56,260 nucleotides of DNA from a virus (taxonomy: Duplodnaviria > Caudoviricetes): the IMG/VR virus record IMGVR_UViG_3300042564_007410, positions 1 to 56,260 of that record; one strand, written 5' to 3'. Below the pieces are notes generated by a model. The model made no database searches. It saw only the letters and a program-made list of their open reading frames with translations, and was not told the DNA's origin. This document shows, in pieces, positions 1 through 10,942 of the stretch; the stretch's first letter is position 1, and every line of letters begins with the position of its first letter. The position numbers were made by a program, and so were the translations under genes.

Positions 1-86
1 CCCTTCCACATAGAATCAATTGCATCGTATTGTAGATTTAAGTTTTTTCCAAACTTATCAAAAAAGTGTAAATTTTGAATATTCAT
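1..86 (-). CDS. 5' end of a probable late/structural protein, running off the left edge
   Basis: ATG at 86 reads MNIQNLHFFDKFGKNLNLQYDAIDSMWK with no stop to the edge; ATAAATA late-type motif about 25 nt upstream. Confidence 0.5.
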   Translation of the reverse strand, partial: MNIQNLHFFDKFGKNLNLQYDAIDSMWK

Positions 87-128
87 TAGTGGTCTCTAGC
101 TTTATGTTATTTATTAAATTCTATAACT

Positions 129-527
129 TTATATGCTATATACTGAATTTTCTCCGCTTGAACTAATTGAAATAAATTCTAGGGTTTCATCTGCGTCTAA
201 ACCAGTCTTCTTATGGATCTTTTTCCACTCTTTAGCATAGCCATTTTTACAAATTTGGGTAAAATATGCAAATGCATTTGGAATAGCCATCTTGGTTTCA
301 TCAAAACTTTTCCAATATTTTAAACAATCTAGGATTGCTGATTGTATGCAGTCTTCTCTATCACGATAATCTTTAAAATAGAGTCGATCAACTGCTCTGT
401 TTGCAAGTGAGATAAAGCAATTTACAGTGTATTCTGATAATTCTCCTTTTTTCTTACACTCGATAATATCAGCTGTAAATTCCTTGTTGTTAATGTAGTG
501 GGTGTCCCCTTTCTTTTTTCTTGCCAT
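129..527 (-). CDS. gp55: T4 gp55-like late transcription sigma factor
   Basis: HYINNKEF N-terminus, DCIQSAILDCLKYWKSFD and NAFAYFTQI match the gp55 family. Confidence 0.8.
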   Translation of the reverse strand: MARKKKGDTHYINNKEFTADIIECKKKGELSEYTVNCFISLANRAVDRLYFKDYRDREDCIQSAILDCLKYWKSFDETKMAIPNAFAYFTQICKNGYAKEWKKIHKKTGLDADETLEFISISSSGENSVYSI

Positions 528-537
528 TCATAGTCAA

Positions 538-1197
538 TTATTTTAAAAGTTGGTAAATCTTAACGACTCCTAAAAAAGAGTCTACCATATCAATTATTGG
601 AGAAACTATTTTTTCTCCTTGAACTATCCATTTTTCTTGAGAAACCGCTTTATATAGATCAGAGTCCTTTACTGATTCTATAATTGGGTCCTCTATAAAT
701 TTATTGAAAATATCCATTTTATTAGCATTTCCTTTACACTCAATTGCATTTTTAAGTTCACTTGGACTAAATACAAATAATCTATCTGCATCTCCATGTA
801 ATACTTGAGTAAGTAAGGCGCTTTTAAGTATTCCAGTAGACTGTGAAATATCTACTAGTGAATTTCCTTTTGATCCAAAAGAGATTCCTTCAATAGCTAC
901 GATTACTTGATCGTCTCCTACCTCTTTTAAAATGTTAGTGATAATTCGATTAATTAGATCTTGATAATTAACTAGCTTAGTTCTCTCTGTAATATGATAC
1001 TCAGGATGAGTTTTTCTTACAGTACTAGTTTGATCTAATTGAATATTTGGATATTTTATGACAAGATGCTCTAGATTTTCTTTGTCGACTTTACGCAGCT
1101 TAGTATTTACTACTGAAAACCACTTAAATTCTTTAAAGTCTTTACAAATACATATGCCAGGATAAAGTATTGAAAAATCTATGCTTACTATTGTCAT
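538..1197 (-). CDS. RuvC-like (RNase H fold) nuclease, probable Holliday junction resolvase
   Basis: IVSIDFS, VAIEGISFGS, PSELK..GKGNANK-like motif and C-terminal DMVDS fit the RuvC catalytic pattern. Confidence 0.7.
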   Translation of the reverse strand: MTIVSIDFSILYPGICICKDFKEFKWFSVVNTKLRKVDKENLEHLVIKYPNIQLDQTSTVRKTHPEYHITERTKLVNYQDLINRIITNILKEVGDDQVIVAIEGISFGSKGNSLVDISQSTGILKSALLTQVLHGDADRLFVFSPSELKNAIECKGNANKMDIFNKFIEDPIIESVKDSDLYKAVSQEKWIVQGEKIVSPIIDMVDSFLGVVKIYQLLK

Positions 1198-1229
1198 TCA
1201 TGTTGATAATTTTTAAAATCCTGATACTG

Positions 1230-1256
1230 TTATACACTAGTTTAACAGAAAAGTTC
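1230..1256 (-). promoter_or_regulatory. Putative phage promoter RAAC-N16/17-GTWWAA
   Basis: GAAC-N17-GTATAA on - strand upstream of the RuvC-like gene; same motif recurs in many intergenic regions. Confidence 0.5.
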
Positions 1257-1327
1257 TTTTTAGAAAAAATTATTTATTTTTTTAAAACCTTTAAAACTCT
1301 CATTAGTAGAAGAGGGTCAGTGGGTGG

Positions 1328-1410
1328 GAGTACTTCTATAGTACTTCTATAGTAAATATTACTTCTATCTTACTTTTTATTATTACTACTTAGATACTTT
1401 AGTAGTACTC
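1328..1410. repeat. Intergenic TACTTCTAT direct repeats inside an imperfect 16-bp inverted repeat
   Basis: AGTACTTCTAT twice plus degenerate copies; 1328-1343 and 1395-1410 are 14/16 complementary. Confidence 0.6.
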
Positions 1411-1464
1411 GCGCCTGCGGAGATGGGATTTTTAAAGTCCTAAAAAAAGAAGTATCATAATCCT

Positions 1465-2397
1465 ATGAGACTAGGATATTGTTGTATAAATTTAAGCCTA
1501 AAGGAGCAGGGCGTCACTACTAATAGAGGCATGGTTCGCAAAACATTTGATGAAAAAGGATTGGCCCACGTAAGTAAGCTAGTCATTGAAAATCTAACAG
1601 ATCTTTTAACTATTATGAGTTGGAATGCTCTAAATGGAGTCCATGTCTATCGAATGTCAAGTGATCTCTTTCCATGGATGAGTGAATATCAATTTGAAGA
1701 CCTGCCTAATTTTGAAACCATTTCTGATCTTGCAAAAAAAGTAGGCAAATTTTCACATATTTACGATCAACGTCTCTCTTTTCACCCTGGACAATTTGAT
1801 GTACTTGCCTCCCCCAATCCAGAAGTAGTCCGCAAAACTATTTATGACTTGGACCAGCATGCTCGTATTATGGATCTAATGGAGCTTCCTCAAAATCACT
1901 ATTCGGCTATTAATATTCATATTGGTGGTTCCTATGGAGACAAGCAATCTGCACTAGAGAGATTTTGTACTAATTTCAAGCAATTAGCCCCCTCAACAAG
2001 AGCTCGACTAGTAGTTGAAAATGATGACAAAGCAAGCCAATTTGGAGTACTTGATCTTTTTGAGGGAGTCTACAATAAAGTATGCTGCCCTATTACATTT
2101 GACCATTTTCATCATCGTTTTTGTACAAATGGAATTACCTCTACTCAAGCTGCTCAATTAGCTGCTTCTACTTGGGGAGAAATTATACCTTTACAACACT
2201 TTTCTAGCTCTAAAGCTCTATATGAAGATTCATCAGTAATTAATCGTTCCCATGCAGACTATGTTTACGATACTATTCCAAATTATGGATTTGAGGCAGA
2301 TGTTGAAATAGAAGCTAAAGCCAAAGACTTAGCCCTACTTAGATATAGATTAGGTGAAGGTATTTTTACCCAAGAGTTAAAATTTGAATTTGAATAA
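1465..2397 (+). CDS. uvsE: UV DNA damage endonuclease
   Basis: MRLGYCCIN, YRMSSDLFP, RLSFHPGQF, VENDDK, FDHFHH, HADY, EAKAKD. Confidence 0.92.
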   Translation: MRLGYCCINLSLKEQGVTTNRGMVRKTFDEKGLAHVSKLVIENLTDLLTIMSWNALNGVHVYRMSSDLFPWMSEYQFEDLPNFETISDLAKKVGKFSHIYDQRLSFHPGQFDVLASPNPEVVRKTIYDLDQHARIMDLMELPQNHYSAINIHIGGSYGDKQSALERFCTNFKQLAPSTRARLVVENDDKASQFGVLDLFEGVYNKVCCPITFDHFHHRFCTNGITSTQAAQLAASTWGEIIPLQHFSSSKALYEDSSVINRSHADYVYDTIPNYGFEADVEIEAKAKDLALLRYRLGEGIFTQELKFEFE

Positions 2398-2398
2398 T

Positions 2399-2899
2399 AT
2401 GAAAGCAAAACTAGTTAAAAGAAGTAATGGTAGATTTGATTTATATGAAATTAAAGACGTAGATCAATTAAATACAATTGCATCATCATTTGATAATCCA
2501 ATGGGAAAGCTATCACTTAAAAACTGCCAAGAAATTGAACGTGGTTATGATTTGGATGAGTTGGTTAAAGTATTTCATGAACAACATAAATTTGCTTCAT
2601 CACATATTGCGGATATAACAAGTTTTAAATTGGGTTTCCAAAAAGCACTTGAGTTGATGGGTGATAAAAAGTTTAGTGAAGAAGATATTGATGAAGCATT
2701 TGACGTTGGTCATGAAATGCTAGATTCACCAAAAAATTATAACGATGTTTTAAATTCTTTTAAAGAATCATTACAACAAACTGAATGGGATGTTGAGATT
2801 GAAATGGAATATCAAAGTTTTGAAGAAGATGGTAAACTAAGAGAAGCATATTTACCGAAACTTAATGCAGATAGTTGCTTAATACTAAGAAAATTATGA
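2399..2899 (+). CDS. Hypothetical phage protein
   Basis: ORF tightly packed in the operon; ATG at 2399 preferred. Confidence 0.6.
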   Translation: MKAKLVKRSNGRFDLYEIKDVDQLNTIASSFDNPMGKLSLKNCQEIERGYDLDELVKVFHEQHKFASSHIADITSFKLGFQKALELMGDKKFSEEDIDEAFDVGHEMLDSPKNYNDVLNSFKESLQQTEWDVEIEMEYQSFEEDGKLREAYLPKLNADSCLILRKL

Positions 2900-3360
2900 G
2901 AAGTGATATAGTATATGATGAATGGATTCCATATGTTGACTATGAGAAAGCTGAATGTGATGTTAAATTAAAAGATGGTACTATCGTCTATCACTGTTGG
3001 CCAAATGCTGGTAAGTTTAATCCACTATGTTCTTCAACAATAGATTTTATTGAAGAAAAAGTTGTAGTAGAAATCCGTTACAGAAGATATTATCCTGATA
3101 ATTTATGTAAAAGTAATTGCAATGGAGATAATCCAAAAGGTGACAGAGACCTAAGACTAGTAGATTTAATAGAACCTAATAGAGAACTTGATTTAGATGA
3201 ACTCACAGATTGGAATAGTTATAGTGATACTACTTGGAGTAATATTCCTATGTATAACCCACCATTTGTTAGAGAAGAGCCCAAGACCCAAAGAAATGAA
3301 CTATGTCCCTGTACTTCAGGTAAAAAATATAAAAAATGTTGTATTAATAAAAAATTATGA
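2896..3360 (+). CDS. SEC-C motif (zinc-binding) protein
   Basis: C-terminal RNELCPCTSGKKYKKCC; ATGA overlap with the upstream ORF. Confidence 0.75.
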   Translation: MRSDIVYDEWIPYVDYEKAECDVKLKDGTIVYHCWPNAGKFNPLCSSTIDFIEEKVVVEIRYRRYYPDNLCKSNCNGDNPKGDRDLRLVDLIEPNRELDLDELTDWNSYSDTTWSNIPMYNPPFVREEPKTQRNELCPCTSGKKYKKCCINKKL

Positions 3361-3605
3361 AAACAGTTGTTTGCATAAATGATAAAAATTTACCTGAAGG
3401 TGCTTGCGTAGTTGAGGGTAAAGAATATCAAGTAGAGACAGAATACCTTAATTCATTTGATCAAAGAGTCTATATTATTTCAGGTATTGTAAATAAAGGC
3501 ACTACTAAAATGGGTATGCGATGGATCGGATATGATGCACTTAGATTTAAAGAAACCAATAGTTCAAGTGTAAGTAAAAAAGAATACGCATTTGCACTAA
3601 ATTAA
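3357..3605 (+). CDS. Hypothetical protein
   Basis: ATGA-coupled 82-aa ORF. Confidence 0.6.
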   Translation: MKTVVCINDKNLPEGACVVEGKEYQVETEYLNSFDQRVYIISGIVNKGTTKMGMRWIGYDALRFKETNSSSVSKKEYAFALN

Positions 3606-3606
3606 T

Positions 3607-4116
3607 ATGGGAACAAACTATTATAGAATACCAACTGAAGCTGAAATGCTTGAGAAAAAAAGGAAACTTCAAGAGAGGATAGAGAACTTAGATGTGTCTC
3701 TTGGAACAATTGAGAGAGGTTTTAGTACACTAGAAAATGGTGAATCTAATTGGGATTACCACTCACCTTGGAGCGAATTTATTGAGGGAACTTCGATTCA
3801 TCTTGGAAAACGCAGCGGCGGATGGAAGTTTTGCTGGAATTTCCATGAGAATAAGTATTACACCAACAAGGAAGAACTTTTAGCTTTTATTCGTAGTGGT
3901 CGAATCGTCAATGAATACGGAGAAGAGCAAGAAGTTGAAGAGTTTATTGAAATGGCCCTTACTTGGGGAGAGCCTGATGGCTTCATATATGACCAAGCTT
4001 ATCTTGATTACATGAAAAAAGAGGGCTATCATCGAGATTATAGTTTAGACCCGTCTAAATATTTTGATCGTATTGTAGATGGACTTAGAGTATCAACATC
4101 AACTGAATTTAGTTAA
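3607..4116 (+). CDS. Hypothetical phage protein
   Basis: MGTNYY start and HLGKRSGGWKF motif typical of phage hypotheticals. Confidence 0.7.
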   Translation: MGTNYYRIPTEAEMLEKKRKLQERIENLDVSLGTIERGFSTLENGESNWDYHSPWSEFIEGTSIHLGKRSGGWKFCWNFHENKYYTNKEELLAFIRSGRIVNEYGEEQEVEEFIEMALTWGEPDGFIYDQAYLDYMKKEGYHRDYSLDPSKYFDRIVDGLRVSTSTEFS

Positions 4117-4117
4117 A

Positions 4118-4468
4118 ATGAAACATATTAGTTTTTTAGCATATCGATTATCAACTGTCACTGATGACCAATTAACAATTGGTTTATTATACTCAGATGA
4201 TAACAATGAAATTACTTCACTTATTTCAGATGAGAGACTAAAAATTCTTAAAAAACTAGTTGCTCCTCATATGTATAAACATTTTTGCCTTTACATAAAA
4301 GCACTACGTAATAATAATATTAAATTAGCTGATCTTGAATACTTAAGCGTTTATCAAAACGGTTTTATTAAGATAGCTAAACCTGGACCATTTGGTGGTG
4401 ATCTTACTCAAGCCCAACAAGTATTTGAAAAATTTGTAAATAAAAACTATAAAGAAAATGGAAATTAA
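4118..4468 (+). CDS. Hypothetical protein, weak DUF3037-like resemblance
   Basis: ATG at 4118 directly after the previous stop. Confidence 0.5.
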   Translation: MKHISFLAYRLSTVTDDQLTIGLLYSDDNNEITSLISDERLKILKKLVAPHMYKHFCLYIKALRNNNIKLADLEYLSVYQNGFIKIAKPGPFGGDLTQAQQVFEKFVNKNYKENGN

Positions 4469-5072
4469 ATTTGCTGACTCATTTTTTGACTCAATCAAAA
4501 AGATGAATAACCATCAACGCTGGTATTGGAAAACATGGGACTTTTTCCGATATGACTTACCAAAGGGAATCAAAAATATCTTCTTCTTTTGGAGAGTAAT
4601 TTGGAGATATCGTTCATGGGATTCAAGTTTTCAAATGACAATATTAGCTCGATCTCTTGAACCACTGGCTCATACTCTAGAATATCATGGTAACGAAGTA
4701 GATGGCCCAAGATTAAAAAAAGTAGCTAAAATTAAAAGAGCTATTGAGATTCTAAACCGACAAGTCAATGATGACTATATTAATCTTGCTGAAGAGCGAT
4801 TAGGATCTACTGTAAATACCTCATATGGAATTTTCGGTGATAATCCTGAGGAGAACGAACCACTTGAAATAAAAGAGATGAATCGTAAAATATTTGCTCT
4901 ATCTGATGAACTTGAAGAGCAAGAGTGGGAAGAATTATTTACTATACTCAAAGGCCAAAACCATAATGCCTATGTAATGCTTTGCGATAAAGCAAAAGAA
5001 GAAGGTGACATTAATCGAGATATTTGGGATCAATGGTTTGATGGCACAGGTATGAGAGGCTGGTGGGATTAA
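4458..5072 (+). CDS. Hypothetical phage protein
   Basis: 204 aa, Trp-rich, ending GMRGWWD. Confidence 0.7.
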   Translation: MEIKFADSFFDSIKKMNNHQRWYWKTWDFFRYDLPKGIKNIFFFWRVIWRYRSWDSSFQMTILARSLEPLAHTLEYHGNEVDGPRLKKVAKIKRAIEILNRQVNDDYINLAEERLGSTVNTSYGIFGDNPEENEPLEIKEMNRKIFALSDELEEQEWEELFTILKGQNHNAYVMLCDKAKEEGDINRDIWDQWFDGTGMRGWWD

Positions 5073-5083
5073 AAAATAAAAAT

Positions 5084-5323
5084 ATGAAAAATTTAAAATT
5101 AGTATTAGTAGTAATTGGAATTTTAACTATTTGGTTTATAATTGTATTTCTTATTCGTAGAGAATCAAAAGTTTGTGATACTCTAGTCTATGTTAAAGGA
5201 GAATTACCAATTGAAGCAACCATTGTTCACAGTTATAGTAATGGCTTTACTTCTATCAAGTTATGCAACGGCGGCTATGTCATTTATCATAGTAACCAAA
5301 TACTTAAAGTTATTGAAAAGTAA
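5084..5323 (+). CDS. Small membrane-anchored hypothetical protein
   Basis: N-terminal hydrophobic helix LVLVVIGILTIWFIIVFLI. Confidence 0.55.
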   Translation: MKNLKLVLVVIGILTIWFIIVFLIRRESKVCDTLVYVKGELPIEATIVHSYSNGFTSIKLCNGGYVIYHSNQILKVIEK

Positions 5324-5364
5324 AACCTTCTACTTATTAAGTAGTTAATATTAAAAACATTAAA

Positions 5365-6099
5365 ATGTATACACCAGTAGAATTAGCAAAAGTCGTATTC
5401 TTTGATTTGGAAACAGCATCAGAATACAAATCGCTTGATCAGCTTGCGATTGAAAAACCAAAAATGGCAGAATTATGGGCAAACCGTTGTGAATATCTTC
5501 GTTCCAGATTTGAAGAGAATCGTGATTTAACCGATGAACAATTATATGAAACAAAAGCAGCACTATCTCCTGAATTTGCTCGAATTGTTTGTGCAACATT
5601 TGGAAGATTATCTTTTATTGGAGATGACCCAAGTGTGATCCTAAAAAGTTACTGTTCGGAACACGAAGATGAAGTCCTAGATGGAATTCAAAAAGTATTT
5701 GACAAATTTGCAGCTTTAAAATTCTCTGGACACAATATCAAAAGATTCGATATTCCAATGATGTGTAAACGTCTCCTAATCCACGGAAGAACATTACCAA
5801 AAGGTTTGCAAGTAGCTAATCTAAAACCTTGGGAAATGCCATTTATTGATACTTCAGAATTATGGAGCTTTGGTGCATGGCAAGAAGGATTTGTTTCTCT
5901 TGAATTATTAGTTACTTCACTTGGTCTTGAAACTCCAAAGGGTGATATTAAAGGTGAAGAGGTAAGCCGAGTATTTTGGCAAGAAGGGGACACTCAAAGA
6001 ATTTCTGAATATTGCCAACGTGATGTTTTTGCTGGAATTCAAACTCTTTTAAAACTTTCAGGACTTACTGTAGTAGAAGAGTTTGAGACACAACCTTAA
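5365..6099 (+). CDS. Stand-alone PolB-type DEDD 3'-5' exonuclease
   Basis: FFDLET (ExoI), GHNIKRFDIP (ExoII), YCQRDV (ExoIII). Confidence 0.85.
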   Translation: MYTPVELAKVVFFDLETASEYKSLDQLAIEKPKMAELWANRCEYLRSRFEENRDLTDEQLYETKAALSPEFARIVCATFGRLSFIGDDPSVILKSYCSEHEDEVLDGIQKVFDKFAALKFSGHNIKRFDIPMMCKRLLIHGRTLPKGLQVANLKPWEMPFIDTSELWSFGAWQEGFVSLELLVTSLGLETPKGDIKGEEVSRVFWQEGDTQRISEYCQRDVFAGIQTLLKLSGLTVVEEFETQP

Positions 6100-6101
6100 T
6101 A

Positions 6102-8494
<2,393 letters not shown>

Positions 8495-8515
8495 GACCAA
8501 CCAATATTAAAAAGT

Positions 8516-8545
8516 AAAAGAGATAGGAAACTATCTCTTTTTTTT
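8516..8545 (+). terminator. Intrinsic terminator
   Basis: AAAAGAGATAG-GAAA-CTATCTCTTTT followed by a T run. Confidence 0.85.
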
Positions 8546-8600
8546 ATTTTACAAGAAACTTTATACTAATTTAGTTGTATAAATTATAAATTAATTCGGA

Positions 8601-9758
8601 ATGACAACAATTGACCAATTCAAAAACGTAGGTAAATATAATACAAGTATTAAACTTACACCAGAGGACACTAAAGCAAAAGTAAAGATCTTTTGTCATG
8701 AGCCTTATGCGCAAGAGTTATATGATGCTATGGCAAAATATGAAAATAGCTCAAGTGTAACAACTAAAGATTTAAAAGAAAACGAAGTCTATAGAGTTAG
8801 AGCAAACACTATTTCATTTGATGATAAAATGATCTATGCTGAAGAGGTAGGCTCGCATACACCAATTATTGTTCCATTTAGAGAATACTCAAAGGATCTT
8901 AATTCACTATCTAGTGGAGAAAATAGAGATTTCCTTGTAATGGTTTACAAATCAACAAAGCACGGTGAAAATTTTGGATCCGAAAAGAAAGCACTATCTG
9001 TTTCATATAAACAAGAATTATTTAATAATCTTAATGAGAACACATGGTTTGATGTAACTATCACTAAATTAATTAAAGGTGGATACTTAGCTCTTTACAA
9101 GAAAGAAATTGAGTGTTTTATTCCAGGATCCCATGCAGCTGCAAACGTTGTGCATAACTTTAATGATATGCTTAATAAAACTCTTACTGTGATGGTAGAC
9201 AACTATGATCAATCAAATGACCTGTTCATCCTATCATACAAAAAATATGTTGCTGAATCAATGTCAACTATGATTGGCAATTTATCATTTAATAAAGAGT
9301 ACACTGGTGTTCTTACAAATAAACCATATGACTTTGGAGCATTTGTTGAAATCGACGGTTACTTTACTGGACTAGTTCATCAAACTGAATTTAAAGATTA
9401 TGATGCTATTAGAAAAACATTAAAAACTGGCGATACTCTAAAAGTATACGTTAAGGATATTACTTCAAAGGGTAATCAATTTAGAATTGTACTTACTCTT
9501 AATCCTGAGAGCGTAAATTCTGAAAAACTTGCATGGCAACTACTTAAAGAGAAAACTGAAGGTAAAAGCTTTACCTATGATATTGATGCTAAGAAAAATT
9601 CAATTTCAATTAATATTGATGGTGAAAGCTATGAAGTATCTTTAAAGAGAAAAGAATTAGAAAAAAATCTAAGCGCTTTTCCGTATGTTAAAGTTTCTAA
9701 AGTAGATATCCTAAACAAGAGTCTAAAATTTGAATTTGTGGAAGATCTTGAAAATTAA
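8601..9758 (+). CDS. S1 RNA-binding domain protein, ribosomal protein S1-like
   Basis: Two clear S1/OB repeats: ITKLIKGGYL..CFIPGSH and DFGAFVEIDGYFTGLVHQTE. Confidence 0.75.
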   Translation: MTTIDQFKNVGKYNTSIKLTPEDTKAKVKIFCHEPYAQELYDAMAKYENSSSVTTKDLKENEVYRVRANTISFDDKMIYAEEVGSHTPIIVPFREYSKDLNSLSSGENRDFLVMVYKSTKHGENFGSEKKALSVSYKQELFNNLNENTWFDVTITKLIKGGYLALYKKEIECFIPGSHAAANVVHNFNDMLNKTLTVMVDNYDQSNDLFILSYKKYVAESMSTMIGNLSFNKEYTGVLTNKPYDFGAFVEIDGYFTGLVHQTEFKDYDAIRKTLKTGDTLKVYVKDITSKGNQFRIVLTLNPESVNSEKLAWQLLKEKTEGKSFTYDIDAKKNSISINIDGESYEVSLKRKELEKNLSAFPYVKVSKVDILNKSLKFEFVEDLEN

Positions 9759-9899
9759 TTTCATAAAGACCACTCACACAAATAAAAATCAGATAAATAA
9801 TCAAGAACTAGTTCAGTTCAATCTAGATTTAACAAGTAAATTAAAAAATTAACAATTAGCGATGCTAGTAGTATAGCATCGTTGTCTAAAAAAATAAGT

Positions 9900-10910
9900 A
9901 TGAGTATGGCAAGTTCCCTTTTTACTGAGAGAATAGAATATAAACCATTTGAATATCCAGTCTATTATACTGAAGGTTGGCTTTTACAAGCACAGGCCTT
10001 TTGGTTACATACTGAGATTTCAATGCAAGGAGATATTAAAGATTGGAACGAAAATCTAACACCAGCTGAAAAAAATCTAGTTGGTAATATTCTTCTAGGT
10101 TTTGCACAAACTGAGTGTGCAGTCAGTGACTATTGGACTGGTATGGTTACTAAGTGGTTTCCTAAATATGAAATCAAACAAATGGCAATGATATTTGGTT
10201 CACAGGAGACAATACATGCCGTTGCTTATTCTTATCTCAACGAAACTCTAGGCTTAGATGATTTTAAAGCATTTATGCATGAACCTACAATTGCTGCTAA
10301 ATTTGAATTTTTATTATCAACCACTAGCGATTATACCCATATTGATCTAGCTGATTCATCAGATGCCCGTAGAGATGTTGCAAAGTCACTTGCTATATTT
10401 TCCGCATTTGCTGAAGGAGTATCCCTCTACTCGTCCTTTGCTGTCCTATATTCTTTTCAAATGAGAAATTTCTTAAAAGGTATTGGTCAGCAAATGAAAT
10501 GGTCAGTTAGAGATGAATCGCTTCACTCTAAGATGGGTTGTCAATTATTTAGACATATGTGTGATGAATATCCAGGACTTAGAGAATCTGTTCAACCTCA
10601 AGTAGAAGAAGCTGCCGCTTTAATGGTAGAGATGGAGCTTACTTTTATTGATAAAATGTTTGAAATGGGAGACCTTGAAAATCTTAAATCAGAAAACCTT
10701 AAAGATTTTATTAGAAAAAGAGCAAACGAAAAGCTAAACGAATTAGGATACGAGTCAATTTTTAAGTATAATGAAGAATCAGCCTCTGAACTTGATTGGT
10801 TTTATCACCTTACTGGCGGAGTAACGTGGACCGATTTCTTTGCAATTAGGCCAACTGATTATTCAAAATCTGGAGAATCAGAAAACTGGTCGGAAGAAGA
10901 ACTCTGGTAA
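9900..10910 (+). CDS. nrdB: Ribonucleotide reductase class I beta subunit
   Basis: ETIHAVAYS, AEGVSLYSSF, RDESLH iron ligands; start taken at first ATG. Confidence 0.95.
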   Translation: MSMASSLFTERIEYKPFEYPVYYTEGWLLQAQAFWLHTEISMQGDIKDWNENLTPAEKNLVGNILLGFAQTECAVSDYWTGMVTKWFPKYEIKQMAMIFGSQETIHAVAYSYLNETLGLDDFKAFMHEPTIAAKFEFLLSTTSDYTHIDLADSSDARRDVAKSLAIFSAFAEGVSLYSSFAVLYSFQMRNFLKGIGQQMKWSVRDESLHSKMGCQLFRHMCDEYPGLRESVQPQVEEAAALMVEMELTFIDKMFEMGDLENLKSENLKDFIRKRANEKLNELGYESIFKYNEESASELDWFYHLTGGVTWTDFFAIRPTDYSKSGESENWSEEELW

Positions 10911-10942
10911 ATTAAACAAATATTAAAGAATAATTAAAGAAA

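Noticed and set aside
9859-9882. Hairpin GCGATGCTA/TAGCATCGT in the nrdB leader as a riboswitch
   Set aside because: Single short stem with no recognisable aptamer; may only stabilise or modulate the mRNA
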